A DNA stretch of 64,000 nucleotides from a virus. The DNA lies in the IMG/VR virus record IMGVR_UViG_3300029319_008653, positions 29,040 through 93,039 of that record; one strand, given 5' to 3'. Positions 28,706 through 38,296 of this stretch are shown here, one piece after another. Positions within the stretch are counted from its first letter, which is position 1; each line of letters begins with the position of its first letter. The notes below the pieces were generated by a model, which was not told the origin of the DNA, searched no databases, and saw only the letters and a list, made by a program, of their open reading frames with translations. The position numbers were made by a program, and so were the translations under genes.

Positions 28706-29680
28706 ATGAGCAAATATTTAATTACTGGTATAACTGGGTTTGCAGGTCCCCATCTAGCTAACCTACTTCTTGAGGAGGGCCATGAAGTTCATGGCATAGT
28801 ACGAACACCCAATGGTAGAGAGCTTGATTTAGTAGATATAATTAGCGTAGAGAATTTAGAAAAAATAAAGTTTCATCACATCGATCTTAAACATTATTAT
28901 GGAGTAAAAAAATTATTTGATAATTATGAATTTGATGGGGTATTTCATTTAGCAGCTCAATCACACCCACCAACGAGTTTTAAAGATCCAGTTTTAACTT
29001 GGGAAGAAAATGTCAACGGTACAGTAAACTTAATAACAGCTCTCGAAGGCAGTAAGACAAGATTTATGTTCTGCTCTACTAGTGAAGTATACGGAGACAC
29101 TTGTAAAGATGTAGGATTATTAAAAGTAGATACACCATTAATACCTAGTAACCCCTATGGTACTTCTAAAGCTGCAATGGATATGTATGTAAGAGAGCGC
29201 AGTGCTAATGGTTATTTAGATGGTTTCGTAACTAGAGCATTTAGTCATACTGGTCCTCGTAGAGGTAAGATTTTTAGTATTAGCTCAGATGCATATCAGA
29301 TTGCTAATATGGTTTTAGGAAGACAAGAATTAGTTTTAAAAATAGGAAATCTACAAACTGAAAGAGTAGTTATAGATGTAAGAGACTGTGTAAACGCTTA
29401 TTATAAATTAATGTTAAATCCTGAAACTAAAGGAATGGCATTTAATGTTTGCGGAAGCGATGTTCATAAAATGCAGCACTACACAGATCTACTAATTGAA
29501 AAATCTGGTTTAAAAGGAGTAGAACAAAAAATTTATGAACCTTACTATCGACCTATTGATATACAGGTTCAGATAGGAGATTCAAGTGAACTAACTAATA
29601 TGACAGGATGGAAGCCTGAAATATCTCTAGAACAAACAATGGGAGATTTATTATCATATTGGGTAGATAAACTCAAATGA
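28706..29680 (+). CDS. GDP-mannose 4,6-dehydratase / GDP-sugar reductase family
   Basis: TGITGFAG, HLAAQSH, STSEVYG, PYGTSK, HTGPRRG, DVRD. Confidence 0.88.
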   Translation: MSKYLITGITGFAGPHLANLLLEEGHEVHGIVRTPNGRELDLVDIISVENLEKIKFHHIDLKHYYGVKKLFDNYEFDGVFHLAAQSHPPTSFKDPVLTWEENVNGTVNLITALEGSKTRFMFCSTSEVYGDTCKDVGLLKVDTPLIPSNPYGTSKAAMDMYVRERSANGYLDGFVTRAFSHTGPRRGKIFSISSDAYQIANMVLGRQELVLKIGNLQTERVVIDVRDCVNAYYKLMLNPETKGMAFNVCGSDVHKMQHYTDLLIEKSGLKGVEQKIYEPYYRPIDIQVQIGDSSELTNMTGWKPEISLEQTMGDLLSYWVDKLK

Positions 29681-30525
29681 TATGCGGTGAACAATTTCAG
29701 TTATTATCGGAAGTTAGCTTTCATGGAGAGTTAACTGATAATATAATTATAGAACAGAATAATTCTATACCTCAAAATCTTTTAAAGATAAGCGATACTG
29801 ATCCTTTAGAAATTAAAAAATATAATTGTATTTTTATATATACTCATTTTGCAGAAGAATTTTTTAATAAATTTTTTAATCATTTAAATGAGGGCGTTAC
29901 AATTATAACACATAATTCAGATGCTGGTATAGATAGTAAATTTTTACCTTATCTTAATTCAAGTAAAATAAAAAAATGGTACTGCCAAAATAGACTTATT
30001 GATCATCGTAAATTATTTTCCATACCTATAGGCATAGCTAACAGTCAATGGGGGCATGGAGATTTCGATACTATTGCTAAAATAAGAGATGAAAAAAATT
30101 ATAAAAATAATTTAGTTTTTAAAAATTTTAGTATCGGTACAAATGTAGTTGAAAGAAAAGAATGTGACCATTTTACTTCAATGAATAATATAAAAATGAG
30201 CCCTAATACTCCTAATATAGATTATTGGCGGAATATATCTAAAAGTGCATTTACTATTTCTCCTCCCGGAAATGGAGTTGATTGTCATAGAATATGGGAG
30301 TGTTTATATTTACGATCGATACCTATAGTAAAATATCATAAAGCTTTAAATCAATTTAATCATCTACCTATATACTTTGTTAAAAATTGGGATGAAGTAA
30401 CAATACCAAATTTAAGAGATAAATTATCAGATAACTTAAAAAAGATGCACGAAAAATTTATTAAAGATTTTAAGAATATAAAAGAATTAGATATTAATTA
30501 TTGGAAATCTTTATTGCTTTCATAA
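29677..30525 (+). CDS. exostosin-like glycosyltransferase
   Basis: THNSD, PIGIAN, SPPGNGVDCHRIWECLYL.SIPIV. Confidence 0.65.
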   Translation: MICGEQFQLLSEVSFHGELTDNIIIEQNNSIPQNLLKISDTDPLEIKKYNCIFIYTHFAEEFFNKFFNHLNEGVTIITHNSDAGIDSKFLPYLNSSKIKKWYCQNRLIDHRKLFSIPIGIANSQWGHGDFDTIAKIRDEKNYKNNLVFKNFSIGTNVVERKECDHFTSMNNIKMSPNTPNIDYWRNISKSAFTISPPGNGVDCHRIWECLYLRSIPIVKYHKALNQFNHLPIYFVKNWDEVTIPNLRDKLSDNLKKMHEKFIKDFKNIKELDINYWKSLLLS

Positions 30526-31273
30526 TATCTTTTTCAGATAAAGTATATACTCCTGGTTTAGTAACTGATATACCTGCGCAGATATTAGCAAATTTTATAC
30601 TATCCTCAATACTATTATCTAACATATAATAAAATAAGCTAGCTAAAAATACATCTCCGGCTCCACAAACATCAAATACATCTACTGCTTTAGATTTATA
30701 AATTTTATTATTAAATCTAGCTCCTTTAGCTCCTAATGTTGTTATAACTGTATTTGAACTGTCAATATTATAAGCACTTTCCTCTTCAAGATCATTAATT
30801 TTTATAATGCAATTTTTAAAGCAGGATAAATCTTTTTTCTTACTATCAACAAATATAGGTTTACCTTTAAATTTTTCACATAAAAAAGTGCAATCTTCGG
30901 GACGCAAAAATCCCTTATTATAATCACTTATAATTAAATGGGTATAATTATTAGATATATTTCTATTAAGAGTAGATTTTATTTTGGGGTCTTGATCTAT
31001 TCTTATTAAATGCTGTTTGCTTTTTACATCTAAAATTCTAGTTTTAATTATCTCTTCTTCATGAGTTAAAAGATCAACATTTACCTTATCTAAACCTAAA
31101 GTAAACATAAACAATGCTTTTAAATTTCCTAAAACGTTTAAACTCATTCCAGGATTCATATCTTCGGATAATTTCTTAATTACAGGTACTGGAGCCTCGG
31201 GACTTATTCTATCTACAGAGCCCTCTATATAAACATCAGTACAGCAATCTCCTACTAGTAAAATATTATTCAT
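30494..31273 (-). CDS. rfaE1: heptose-7-phosphate kinase (HldE kinase domain, PfkB)
   Basis: RISPEAPVPV, SDYNKG, DVCGAGD. Confidence 0.88.
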   Translation of the reverse strand: MNNILLVGDCCTDVYIEGSVDRISPEAPVPVIKKLSEDMNPGMSLNVLGNLKALFMFTLGLDKVNVDLLTHEEEIIKTRILDVKSKQHLIRIDQDPKIKSTLNRNISNNYTHLIISDYNKGFLRPEDCTFLCEKFKGKPIFVDSKKKDLSCFKNCIIKINDLEEESAYNIDSSNTVITTLGAKGARFNNKIYKSKAVDVFDVCGAGDVFLASLFYYMLDNSIEDSIKFANICAGISVTKPGVYTLSEKDIMKAIKISNN

Positions 31274-31652
31274 TATTTTTTAAAATATTTGTAGTTGAAT
31301 GACCATCAACAAAATTAAAAATTTTAACTTCTGCTATACCGTTGCCTACTACTTCATCGTGAGTATAGTCTCCACCTTTAACGATAATATCTGGTTTAAT
31401 TTTAAAAATTAAATTATATGGAGTATCCTCTTCAAATATAATAACCTCATCTACGCATCGTAGAGCTTCTAGCATTTCTTTTCTTAAGCTTTGAGTATTG
31501 AAAGGCCTGTCTTTTCCTTTTAATTTTTTAACACTAGTATCACTATTAAGACCTACAATTAAGTAGTCACCCTGCTTTTTAGCATACTCTAAACATCTTA
31601 CATGCCCTATATGTAAGATATCAAAACAACCATTTGTAAAAACCTTAATCAC
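31266..31652 (-). CDS. rfaE2: heptose-1-phosphate adenylyltransferase (HldE C-domain)
   Basis: FTNGCFDILHIGH, GLNSD.SV..LKG..RP, KGGDY, STT. Confidence 0.9.
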   Translation of the reverse strand: MIKVFTNGCFDILHIGHVRCLEYAKKQGDYLIVGLNSDTSVKKLKGKDRPFNTQSLRKEMLEALRCVDEVIIFEEDTPYNLIFKIKPDIIVKGGDYTHDEVVGNGIAEVKIFNFVDGHSTTNILKNNE

Positions 31653-32004
31653 CTTTTATAATTCTTATACTATCTGATTCAAAATGTTGAGTCGAAAATT
31701 CAAGCATTTCAGTATCTTCTAATGCTTTCATTTGGTGTCTTAATCCAGGCTTTACATAAAAATTATCACCCGGTTCAAGTATAACTTTTTGAGCTGTATC
31801 AATATTATTATACTCGCTAAAAGTAACTTCTAATTTACCCGTTCTAATATAAAAAACTTCATCCTTTATATTATGATAATGCCAAGAACATTTTTTACCT
31901 CGAGTAAAGAATAAAATCTTACCACAATATTCTTCTTTATTGACTATCCATTTTTCGTAGCCCCAGCCCTTAGGTACAAACTTAATGTCCGAAAAATTCT
32001 TCAT
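31645..32004 (-). CDS. cupin (mannose-6-phosphate isomerase-like)
   Basis: PKGWG.E, SWHYH..KDE.F, H, EFST. Confidence 0.8.
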   Translation of the reverse strand: MKNFSDIKFVPKGWGYEKWIVNKEEYCGKILFFTRGKKCSWHYHNIKDEVFYIRTGKLEVTFSEYNNIDTAQKVILEPGDNFYVKPGLRHQMKALEDTEMLEFSTQHFESDSIRIIKGD

Positions 32005-32305
32005 CTGTAAATCCTTTATCATCTATATACATATCAGCAGCTGGCTTACCCATAAAAAGCTCATGATATTTTACACCCCAACTGGCTAGCTGTTTTTCGG
32101 TTATTAATCTTAAGTCTAACTCTGCTTTTTTAGTATCATTATTATATCTACCCATACCTCTTGCCGTATGTAATATTATTTTATTGTCTTCTTCGTTAAA
32201 CAATCTATTTATATGATCTATTCTATATGTAATAGGCTGGGCTTCTTCATAGTTTCCATCCGTTAAAGTACAAATAGTACCGTCTATATCAAAACAATAA
32301 ATCAT
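31982..32305 (-). CDS. HAD phosphatase (capsule-biosynthesis type)
   Basis: FDIDGTI, TARG, GKP, YIDDK. Confidence 0.85.
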   Translation of the reverse strand: MIYCFDIDGTICTLTDGNYEEAQPITYRIDHINRLFNEEDNKIILHTARGMGRYNNDTKKAELDLRLITEKQLASWGVKYHELFMGKPAADMYIDDKGFTDEEFFGH

Positions 32306-32362
32306 ATATATATTTTAGTATATAAATTGGAAATTTCAAGGAACTATAGTATAATATAGAAA

Positions 32363-32764
32363 ATGAAACAAGTAAAAATAACAGAAACAGCTCCTAAGAC
32401 TATCTTTTGCGATATTGATGGTACTTTGATTAAACACCCTAATCACGATGGGAAGCAAAGGCTTTTTAAAATTCCAAAGCCTACACATGAAGCAGAGGCT
32501 TTACCTGGTACTCTAGATAAATTATGGGACTGGGAAAGTAAAGGATATAATATTATCCTAACAACAGGTCGTAAGGAATCAATGCGATCTGAAACTGAAA
32601 AACAATTAAAAGAAATAGGTCTATTTTGGGACCAACTTGTGATGGGATTAGGTAGCGGTCGTAGATATGTTATTAATGATCTTGAACCAGGTACAGAAGC
32701 TAACACCGCTAATGCAATTAATCTTGAAAGAGATGCTGGCATTGGTACTATAGAGGAGCTATAA
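32363..32764 (+). CDS. HAD-like phosphatase
   Basis: CDIDGTL, TTGR, IND. Confidence 0.8.
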   Translation: MKQVKITETAPKTIFCDIDGTLIKHPNHDGKQRLFKIPKPTHEAEALPGTLDKLWDWESKGYNIILTTGRKESMRSETEKQLKEIGLFWDQLVMGLGSGRRYVINDLEPGTEANTANAINLERDAGIGTIEEL

Positions 32765-32771
32765 TTATATT

Positions 32772-33362
32772 ATGATTATTGAAGATATTAAAGTTTATGA
32801 CGGTCCGTTAATTCATAAGCGTTTTGCTTATGACTTTTTTAGAAATAATACTTTACCTATTGGTAATATTATTTCATTTAGATGTCCTATGGACGTTAAC
32901 GTAAGCGGTATGATTGATCAAGAAGACGTACTTCAAGGTGATTATATCTATAGTGAAGATGCTATAAACTTTTGTTGGGAAATACCTAACTTAGATAAGT
33001 TTGGTGCAGTAGCATTTCAACGACTTTTAAATACTCAGATTGCTAATATCTTATCTTCTAAGTACATTAAGAAACCTATTGAAGTAGATGGCGACGACCT
33101 AATGGTTCATGATGAGTTTACCGGTAGTGATAATAAGTTACAAAAGGTAGGTAAATGTAGTGTAAGTATTACGTACTCTAAAGATAATGTAGCTATTGGT
33201 CATACAGGTATTAATATTAATGCTGGTCGTAAAGCTCCTTCATTTGCTTATAGTACTAAACTTAGTGACGATGAAGCTAGTAAATTTATGCAAGAAGTTA
33301 TAGATCTCTTCTATGGTATGGTAGATGATATGTTTATAGCTACTACAAAAATTAATCTGTGA
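32772..33362 (+). CDS. DUF366-like protein (BPL/LplA-like ligase fold)
   Basis: YDG..I..RFAY, GDDL, K.SVSI, GHTGINI. Confidence 0.6.
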   Translation: MIIEDIKVYDGPLIHKRFAYDFFRNNTLPIGNIISFRCPMDVNVSGMIDQEDVLQGDYIYSEDAINFCWEIPNLDKFGAVAFQRLLNTQIANILSSKYIKKPIEVDGDDLMVHDEFTGSDNKLQKVGKCSVSITYSKDNVAIGHTGININAGRKAPSFAYSTKLSDDEASKFMQEVIDLFYGMVDDMFIATTKINL

Positions 33363-33721
33363 ATATATTTCAATATATAAATAGTTTACTCTTTAGTAAG
33401 AAAAAAATTGATATGAACTGCGATGATGAGTCGCAGTTTAATCTGTATATGGTTAATAGGTGGGGTAGTATGTATTCTCCTGAAATAGCTAATTATATAA
33501 ACGAGACTAGTAATAAGTATTGGAGTTTGTTTAATGATAAAATATCTCAATATGAATACATATATAATATATTACCTCGGTTAAAATATAAGCGTCTCTC
33601 TTATATAAAGAAGATAAAAAAAGAGAAAAAGAAGAAGGAAGATGAGCCTATAATTCCAGAATTTTCTTCTAAGCGAGAATATAAAATGTATGTTGATTTG
33701 GAAACTACCGTTAATAAGTAG
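33359..33721 (+). CDS. gp62: clamp loader small subunit-like
   Basis: IF.YINSL..SK, FNLYMVNRW.SM, QYEY...LP. Confidence 0.65.
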   Translation: MNIFQYINSLLFSKKKIDMNCDDESQFNLYMVNRWGSMYSPEIANYINETSNKYWSLFNDKISQYEYIYNILPRLKYKRLSYIKKIKKEKKKKEDEPIIPEFSSKREYKMYVDLETTVNK

Positions 33722-33726
33722 TTTAT

Positions 33727-34176
33727 ATGACACAAGCATCAATTGACCATCTAGCACCAAAAAGAAGCCTTATTGATCTCGCAGGGCATGATAAGCGAGA
33801 GTTTGATATAGGAGATGATTACAAACTTTCATTTGTATATGATGATATTATTCTTGTTGAATTCGTAGATACAGGAGACGAAGGAGCAGGAGATGTAATT
33901 GAAAGAGGTGGTATTTTTGTACCTACCAATAGCTTAACTAAAGCTTGGAGAAAAGCAAAAGTAATCCTAGCAGGTCCTCAATGCGCGTATACCAAAGTAG
34001 GAGACATAGTAATGTTTCCTAATGACAAAGGAGCCAGCGTAGCAAATATGGAGATAGACGGCTATGGCAAAGTTAAAGACGGTATGTTCTTAAATGAACA
34101 AAGGTTATTCGGTATATGTGTTAAAAAAGGTGATAAAAAAATAACACGTAAGAAGAATAAAAATGCCTCAAGTTAG
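33727..34176 (+). CDS. GroES/gp31-like co-chaperonin
   Basis: DIILVE, GGIFVP, AKVILAGP, VGDIVMF. Confidence 0.75.
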   Translation: MTQASIDHLAPKRSLIDLAGHDKREFDIGDDYKLSFVYDDIILVEFVDTGDEGAGDVIERGGIFVPTNSLTKAWRKAKVILAGPQCAYTKVGDIVMFPNDKGASVANMEIDGYGKVKDGMFLNEQRLFGICVKKGDKKITRKKNKNASS

Positions 34177-34528
34177 TCTATCATCTTTAAGAGAAACATT
34201 ACTGTCTAACGTTTGCGAGATTAAATTTGCTAAACGAACAAGTCCAGAACTACGTACTATGCTCTGTACTTTAGATACTGCACTACTTAATAGTATTAAT
34301 GGACGTACTACTTTAAATTTTAAACCACCTACACAGGCACCAGATTATAATCCTGAATCTAAAAATCTTTTATTAGTTTGGGATATTATTATGCAAAATT
34401 GGAGAATGGTTAGCATGGATAATTGTAACTTAATTAAAACCATTCCACGAGATGAGTTTTGGGAATATTTTAACGAGTTTATCTATCCAATGACATTGGA
34501 AGAGAAAAACGCGTTTATGGGAAGATGA
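34163..34528 (+). CDS. WYL_2/DUF2693 SH3-like phage protein
   Basis: EIKF.K....RTMLCTL, VWDI..WR. Confidence 0.65.
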   Translation: MPQVSLSSLRETLLSNVCEIKFAKRTSPELRTMLCTLDTALLNSINGRTTLNFKPPTQAPDYNPESKNLLLVWDIIMQNWRMVSMDNCNLIKTIPRDEFWEYFNEFIYPMTLEEKNAFMGR

Positions 34529-34869
34529 ATATAGTAGAAAAAATAGAAACAAGTCTTCAGAATTATCTATTAAGAGATGTTATTTTCTTTATAGATGGAG
34601 GCAAAACTTTAAAAAAAGGAAAGCTAATTTTATTTAAATTTAAAGAGTTTCATTATGTTTTTACATTAAAAAATGAGAAAGAAGAGCTTAAGGTATATGA
34701 AATACCATATCCTTATAATACAGAATTTAAGGACGATCATACACGTTTTTCATATAGCTTAGAACATTTTACATTACCAGAAAGTGAATTATATTATCGT
34801 ACTAAGCTTCTGGATAAAAGTAACTGCGATAAATTATTTGATCAGACACTTGTTTTATCTGCTATATAG
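34525..34869 (+). CDS. hypothetical protein
   Basis: 114-aa ORF with ATGA coupling. Confidence 0.6.
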   Translation: MNIVEKIETSLQNYLLRDVIFFIDGGKTLKKGKLILFKFKEFHYVFTLKNEKEELKVYEIPYPYNTEFKDDHTRFSYSLEHFTLPESELYYRTKLLDKSNCDKLFDQTLVLSAI

Positions 34870-34883
34870 TATATAATCTATAT

Positions 34884-36521
34884 ATGTTAGGTCGCTTTCT
34901 ATCTAAATTTCCTGAGGGATATACTCCGAGCAAACAGCAAGTAAAGCTAATAAAGAGTATTGAAGAAGCATTTGATAGCGGTCATAAATTTGTTATATGT
35001 TCTGCTCCTACTGGGTCAGGTAAGAGTTTTATTTCTAAAACTTTAGCTAATGTATCTAATGAATCATCGGAAAGCTTTAAAGAGTTAGTTAGTTCTTATG
35101 CTGCTTTTAAAATAGATCAGACCGGTACCTTTTTAAATGAGCAGGAATGTATTGATGAATCGCCTTCAGGTACATTTGCTTTAACTATAACTAAGACATT
35201 ACAAGATCAATATAAAGATCTATTTGATGATACAATATTATTAAAAGGCAAAAGTAACTATCAAAGTACTATTGACCCTAATATGGATGTTGAATTAGAG
35301 TCTCTTGTAATGCCTAAGAAAGTTTTAGATGATCATAGAATGCGTCATAAATGTAACTATCATAATGATAGAAGAGATGCTTTAATTAAAAAATTTGCTG
35401 CATTAAATTATAAAATGTTTTTATCTTTACCTAACCATGTAAAGTATAAAGACTATATAGTTTGCGACGAGGCATCAGAATTAGAAGACGAAATTATAAA
35501 ACAGTTTTCTCTATCTATTGATGTAGTAAGATTAGGTAGAATAGGAGTAAAAGCTTATTCTCTAAAATCTACTAAACCTAAAACTGTTCTTAAATGGATA
35601 GGAGATTTATTATTAAATGTATCGGAAAGGATAAGCTATATACAGGAAAGAGCTAAGTTAGGTCTTTCTGAAAAAGATACTAATAGATTGCATTATTTAA
35701 AAAATATTCATCGTACTTTGTGTTTAATAGATGAGACTTGGCAAAAATGCGAATACGTTGTTCAAGTAGAGAATAAAGATAATATTAAAGTTACGCCTCT
35801 AAAAGTTGATAGCTTAACGAAATATATATTTGAGTATGCTGATAAAATTTTGTTAATGTCTGCTACTGTTATTGATCATGTTAATCTTGCTAAGACTTTA
35901 GGTATTGAAAGATATAAGTACGTTGAATCTGCTAGTACCTTTAATCCTGATAAAGCTCCTATTTATATATCGCAGACTAATAAATTAAACCATGCTAATC
36001 TACCTAAAGCATTACCTTCTATAATTGAACAGATTAGACAGATATGTGAAACTCATAAAGAGGAAAAAGGTATAATACATACGCATACAAATTATATTAC
36101 TAATTATATTCAAGGTAAAGTTAGAGATAGGAGTTTTGAGAGTTGCAGATTTTTATTTAGAGATGAACTCTCTCGTAATGAAGATATATTAAAACATCAC
36201 GAAGAAAGCGAAGAACCAACTATATTAGTAAGCCCGTCTCTTGGATTAGGTATAGATCTTAAAGATGATCTAGCTAGGTTTCAAATTATAGTAAAGGCAT
36301 CTTATTTGCCTTTAGGTGATAATAGAATTAAAAAAATGTTTGAAATAGATAAACAATGGTATACTAATAAAATGTTATCTAACTTTATACAGCAATGCGG
36401 TAGAGGTATTAGAAGTAAAGATGATCATTGTGTAACTTATGTTTTAGATGCTACCATATTTCATGCTATAATGCGTAATAAAAATAGACTACCAAAGTAC
36501 TTTATTGAAAGATTTGTATAA
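34884..36521 (+). CDS. DinG/XPD-like SF2 helicase
   Basis: APTGSGKS, DEA, MSAT, GIDL, QQCGRGIRSKDD. Confidence 0.88.
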   Translation: MLGRFLSKFPEGYTPSKQQVKLIKSIEEAFDSGHKFVICSAPTGSGKSFISKTLANVSNESSESFKELVSSYAAFKIDQTGTFLNEQECIDESPSGTFALTITKTLQDQYKDLFDDTILLKGKSNYQSTIDPNMDVELESLVMPKKVLDDHRMRHKCNYHNDRRDALIKKFAALNYKMFLSLPNHVKYKDYIVCDEASELEDEIIKQFSLSIDVVRLGRIGVKAYSLKSTKPKTVLKWIGDLLLNVSERISYIQERAKLGLSEKDTNRLHYLKNIHRTLCLIDETWQKCEYVVQVENKDNIKVTPLKVDSLTKYIFEYADKILLMSATVIDHVNLAKTLGIERYKYVESASTFNPDKAPIYISQTNKLNHANLPKALPSIIEQIRQICETHKEEKGIIHTHTNYITNYIQGKVRDRSFESCRFLFRDELSRNEDILKHHEESEEPTILVSPSLGLGIDLKDDLARFQIIVKASYLPLGDNRIKKMFEIDKQWYTNKMLSNFIQQCGRGIRSKDDHCVTYVLDATIFHAIMRNKNRLPKYFIERFV

Positions 36522-36529
36522 ATAATATT

Positions 36530-37135
36530 ATGCAAACGTTTGAGGAATTCTATAATCAAAAAATGCTCGAGGAGCAACTACAAAAAATACTTGAAGGGTA
36601 TATGCTCGAAGGGCAATTACTTGAAGAAAATATTTTTAAATCAACTCTGGCATCATTAAAGTCTATTCCCGATACTGCTTCATCTGCAGCCCAGGCAGTA
36701 GCAAATTTTCCAGGAGAGGTCGCAGCTTATATAGGCGCTATAGGAGATTATACTTTGAAACTCGGAATAGCTGGTGTAGGTGGCGCTGTTGCTGCTCAAG
36801 CTTTAGGAGCCTTACTTCAGCATGTTGCTGATAAAATGGATGCAGCAAGGGAAGATGAAGCCTACAAGAAAAGAAAACAAAGGGAAGTTATGGTTGAAAC
36901 TGAATTTGAAAAAGCTTTAGCAGTAGGTGAAAAATTATCTGAAGAACAACAAATGAAATTATTAGAAGATATTTCAAAAAAATGGGCTGAAAAATATAAA
37001 ATTCCAGAACCCAAACTTTTTGTAAAAGCTATGAGAAAAATTGGTGATGCTTTAAGTTCGAAATTAGGTACTATATTAGCAGCAGTATTAGCATTTATAG
37101 CAGCTAAAATGTTAATACCCTTTCCAACATTTTAA
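36530..37135 (+). CDS. hypothetical protein with hydrophobic helices, likely head-packaged
   Basis: TATAAATA at 36517-36524; MQTFEEFY leader; several LEE/LEG sites. Confidence 0.6.
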   Translation: MQTFEEFYNQKMLEEQLQKILEGYMLEGQLLEENIFKSTLASLKSIPDTASSAAQAVANFPGEVAAYIGAIGDYTLKLGIAGVGGAVAAQALGALLQHVADKMDAAREDEAYKKRKQREVMVETEFEKALAVGEKLSEEQQMKLLEDISKKWAEKYKIPEPKLFVKAMRKIGDALSSKLGTILAAVLAFIAAKMLIPFPTF

Positions 37136-37148
37136 GTTTAATAATATT

Positions 37149-37682
37149 ATGGAACACTTTGACAATTATTGTAACGAACAACTAAAAATGCTTGAAGAAG
37201 GTAAAATAGGTAGGGCGTTATCAGTAGGGAGACTCGCAGCAGGTTTAATGTTAGGTCAACCTGGTTCTGCAGATGCTGCAATCTATAATAATAATCCAGG
37301 TAATATAAGAACTTCACCAACTCAATGGAATGGTGAGGTAACTAAACCCGGAGAAGCATTTGAAAGATTTGAATCTATGCCTTATGGTATTAGAGCTTCA
37401 GCTAAAATTTTAAGAACATATGGTAAAAAGTATGGTATAGATACTATTAATAAAATTATTGATAGATATGCACCGCCTGAAGATAATAATCCTAATAATG
37501 CAAATTATGCAAGACATGTATCTAATGGTTCGGGATTTGGAGTAGATGAAAAAATAGATCTAAATGACCCACAAGTTCTTATGAAATTAATGAGACCGAT
37601 TTTTGAATTTGAAAATGGTAGAAAAGAAGCTGCTAAGATTTCTGACGCTGATATTGAAAAAGGCGTTAAGATGGCTTTTTAG
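37149..37682 (+). CDS. lysozyme-like virion protein (NNPGNI family)
   Basis: NNPGNIR, F.S...GIRA, YAPP.DN, FENG. Confidence 0.75.
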   Translation: MEHFDNYCNEQLKMLEEGKIGRALSVGRLAAGLMLGQPGSADAAIYNNNPGNIRTSPTQWNGEVTKPGEAFERFESMPYGIRASAKILRTYGKKYGIDTINKIIDRYAPPEDNNPNNANYARHVSNGSGFGVDEKIDLNDPQVLMKLMRPIFEFENGRKEAAKISDADIEKGVKMAF

Positions 37683-37902
37683 TTTTCTTCTTTTTCTTTT
37701 TAGGTAACTCCATATATAATCTTCGCTGCTTACCACCTGGTTGCCCTTTAAATCCAGAAATAGATGCTGTACTATGAGGTTCATTTAATTGAGGATTAAT
37801 CGTTCCATATTTACCCCGAGGTCTTACCTTAACCGGTCTTTTAGTATCAGTCGGTGCTCTAAAATCTTCTAATATTTTTTTAACTGTGGAGTTGAAATCC
37901 AT
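37666..37902 (-). CDS. basic hypothetical protein
   Basis: MDFNSTVKKILE leader; poly-K tail. Confidence 0.55.
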   Translation of the reverse strand: MDFNSTVKKILEDFRAPTDTKRPVKVRPRGKYGTINPQLNEPHSTASISGFKGQPGGKQRRLYMELPKKKKKKTKKPS

Positions 37903-37927
37903 ATAAATATTTAATATAATTGTATAT

Positions 37928-38296
37928 ATGCCTACAACTAAAAAAATTATATGCGTCGTAACTGGTAAACCTACGGTATATTCTGGTGATTTTCTACAAA
38001 AGAAAATTAATGAATATGGTAGTGAAGAAGAACTCTTGAAATATTATATATGTCGAGAAGTAAAAAGCTTTCTAAAAAAAGGATACGGTATAGATGATAT
38101 TCGAAAAGTTATGAATGTCGATGATGATATTCCTTTTCCGGAACAAGATATTATAAATAAGATTGAGGAGATGTATCGTAAACAGAGTATATTAAAACAA
38201 TTACCTACTTATAACGATGCATTAACTGGATTTACGTATAATAAATCTGATAACGACGTTGAAAATTTTATTAATGAATATATAATTAAGACATGA
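37928..38296 (+). CDS. hypothetical protein
   Basis: 122-aa ORF; CVVTG and YICRE motifs. Confidence 0.6.
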   Translation: MPTTKKIICVVTGKPTVYSGDFLQKKINEYGSEEELLKYYICREVKSFLKKGYGIDDIRKVMNVDDDIPFPEQDIINKIEEMYRKQSILKQLPTYNDALTGFTYNKSDNDVENFINEYIIKT

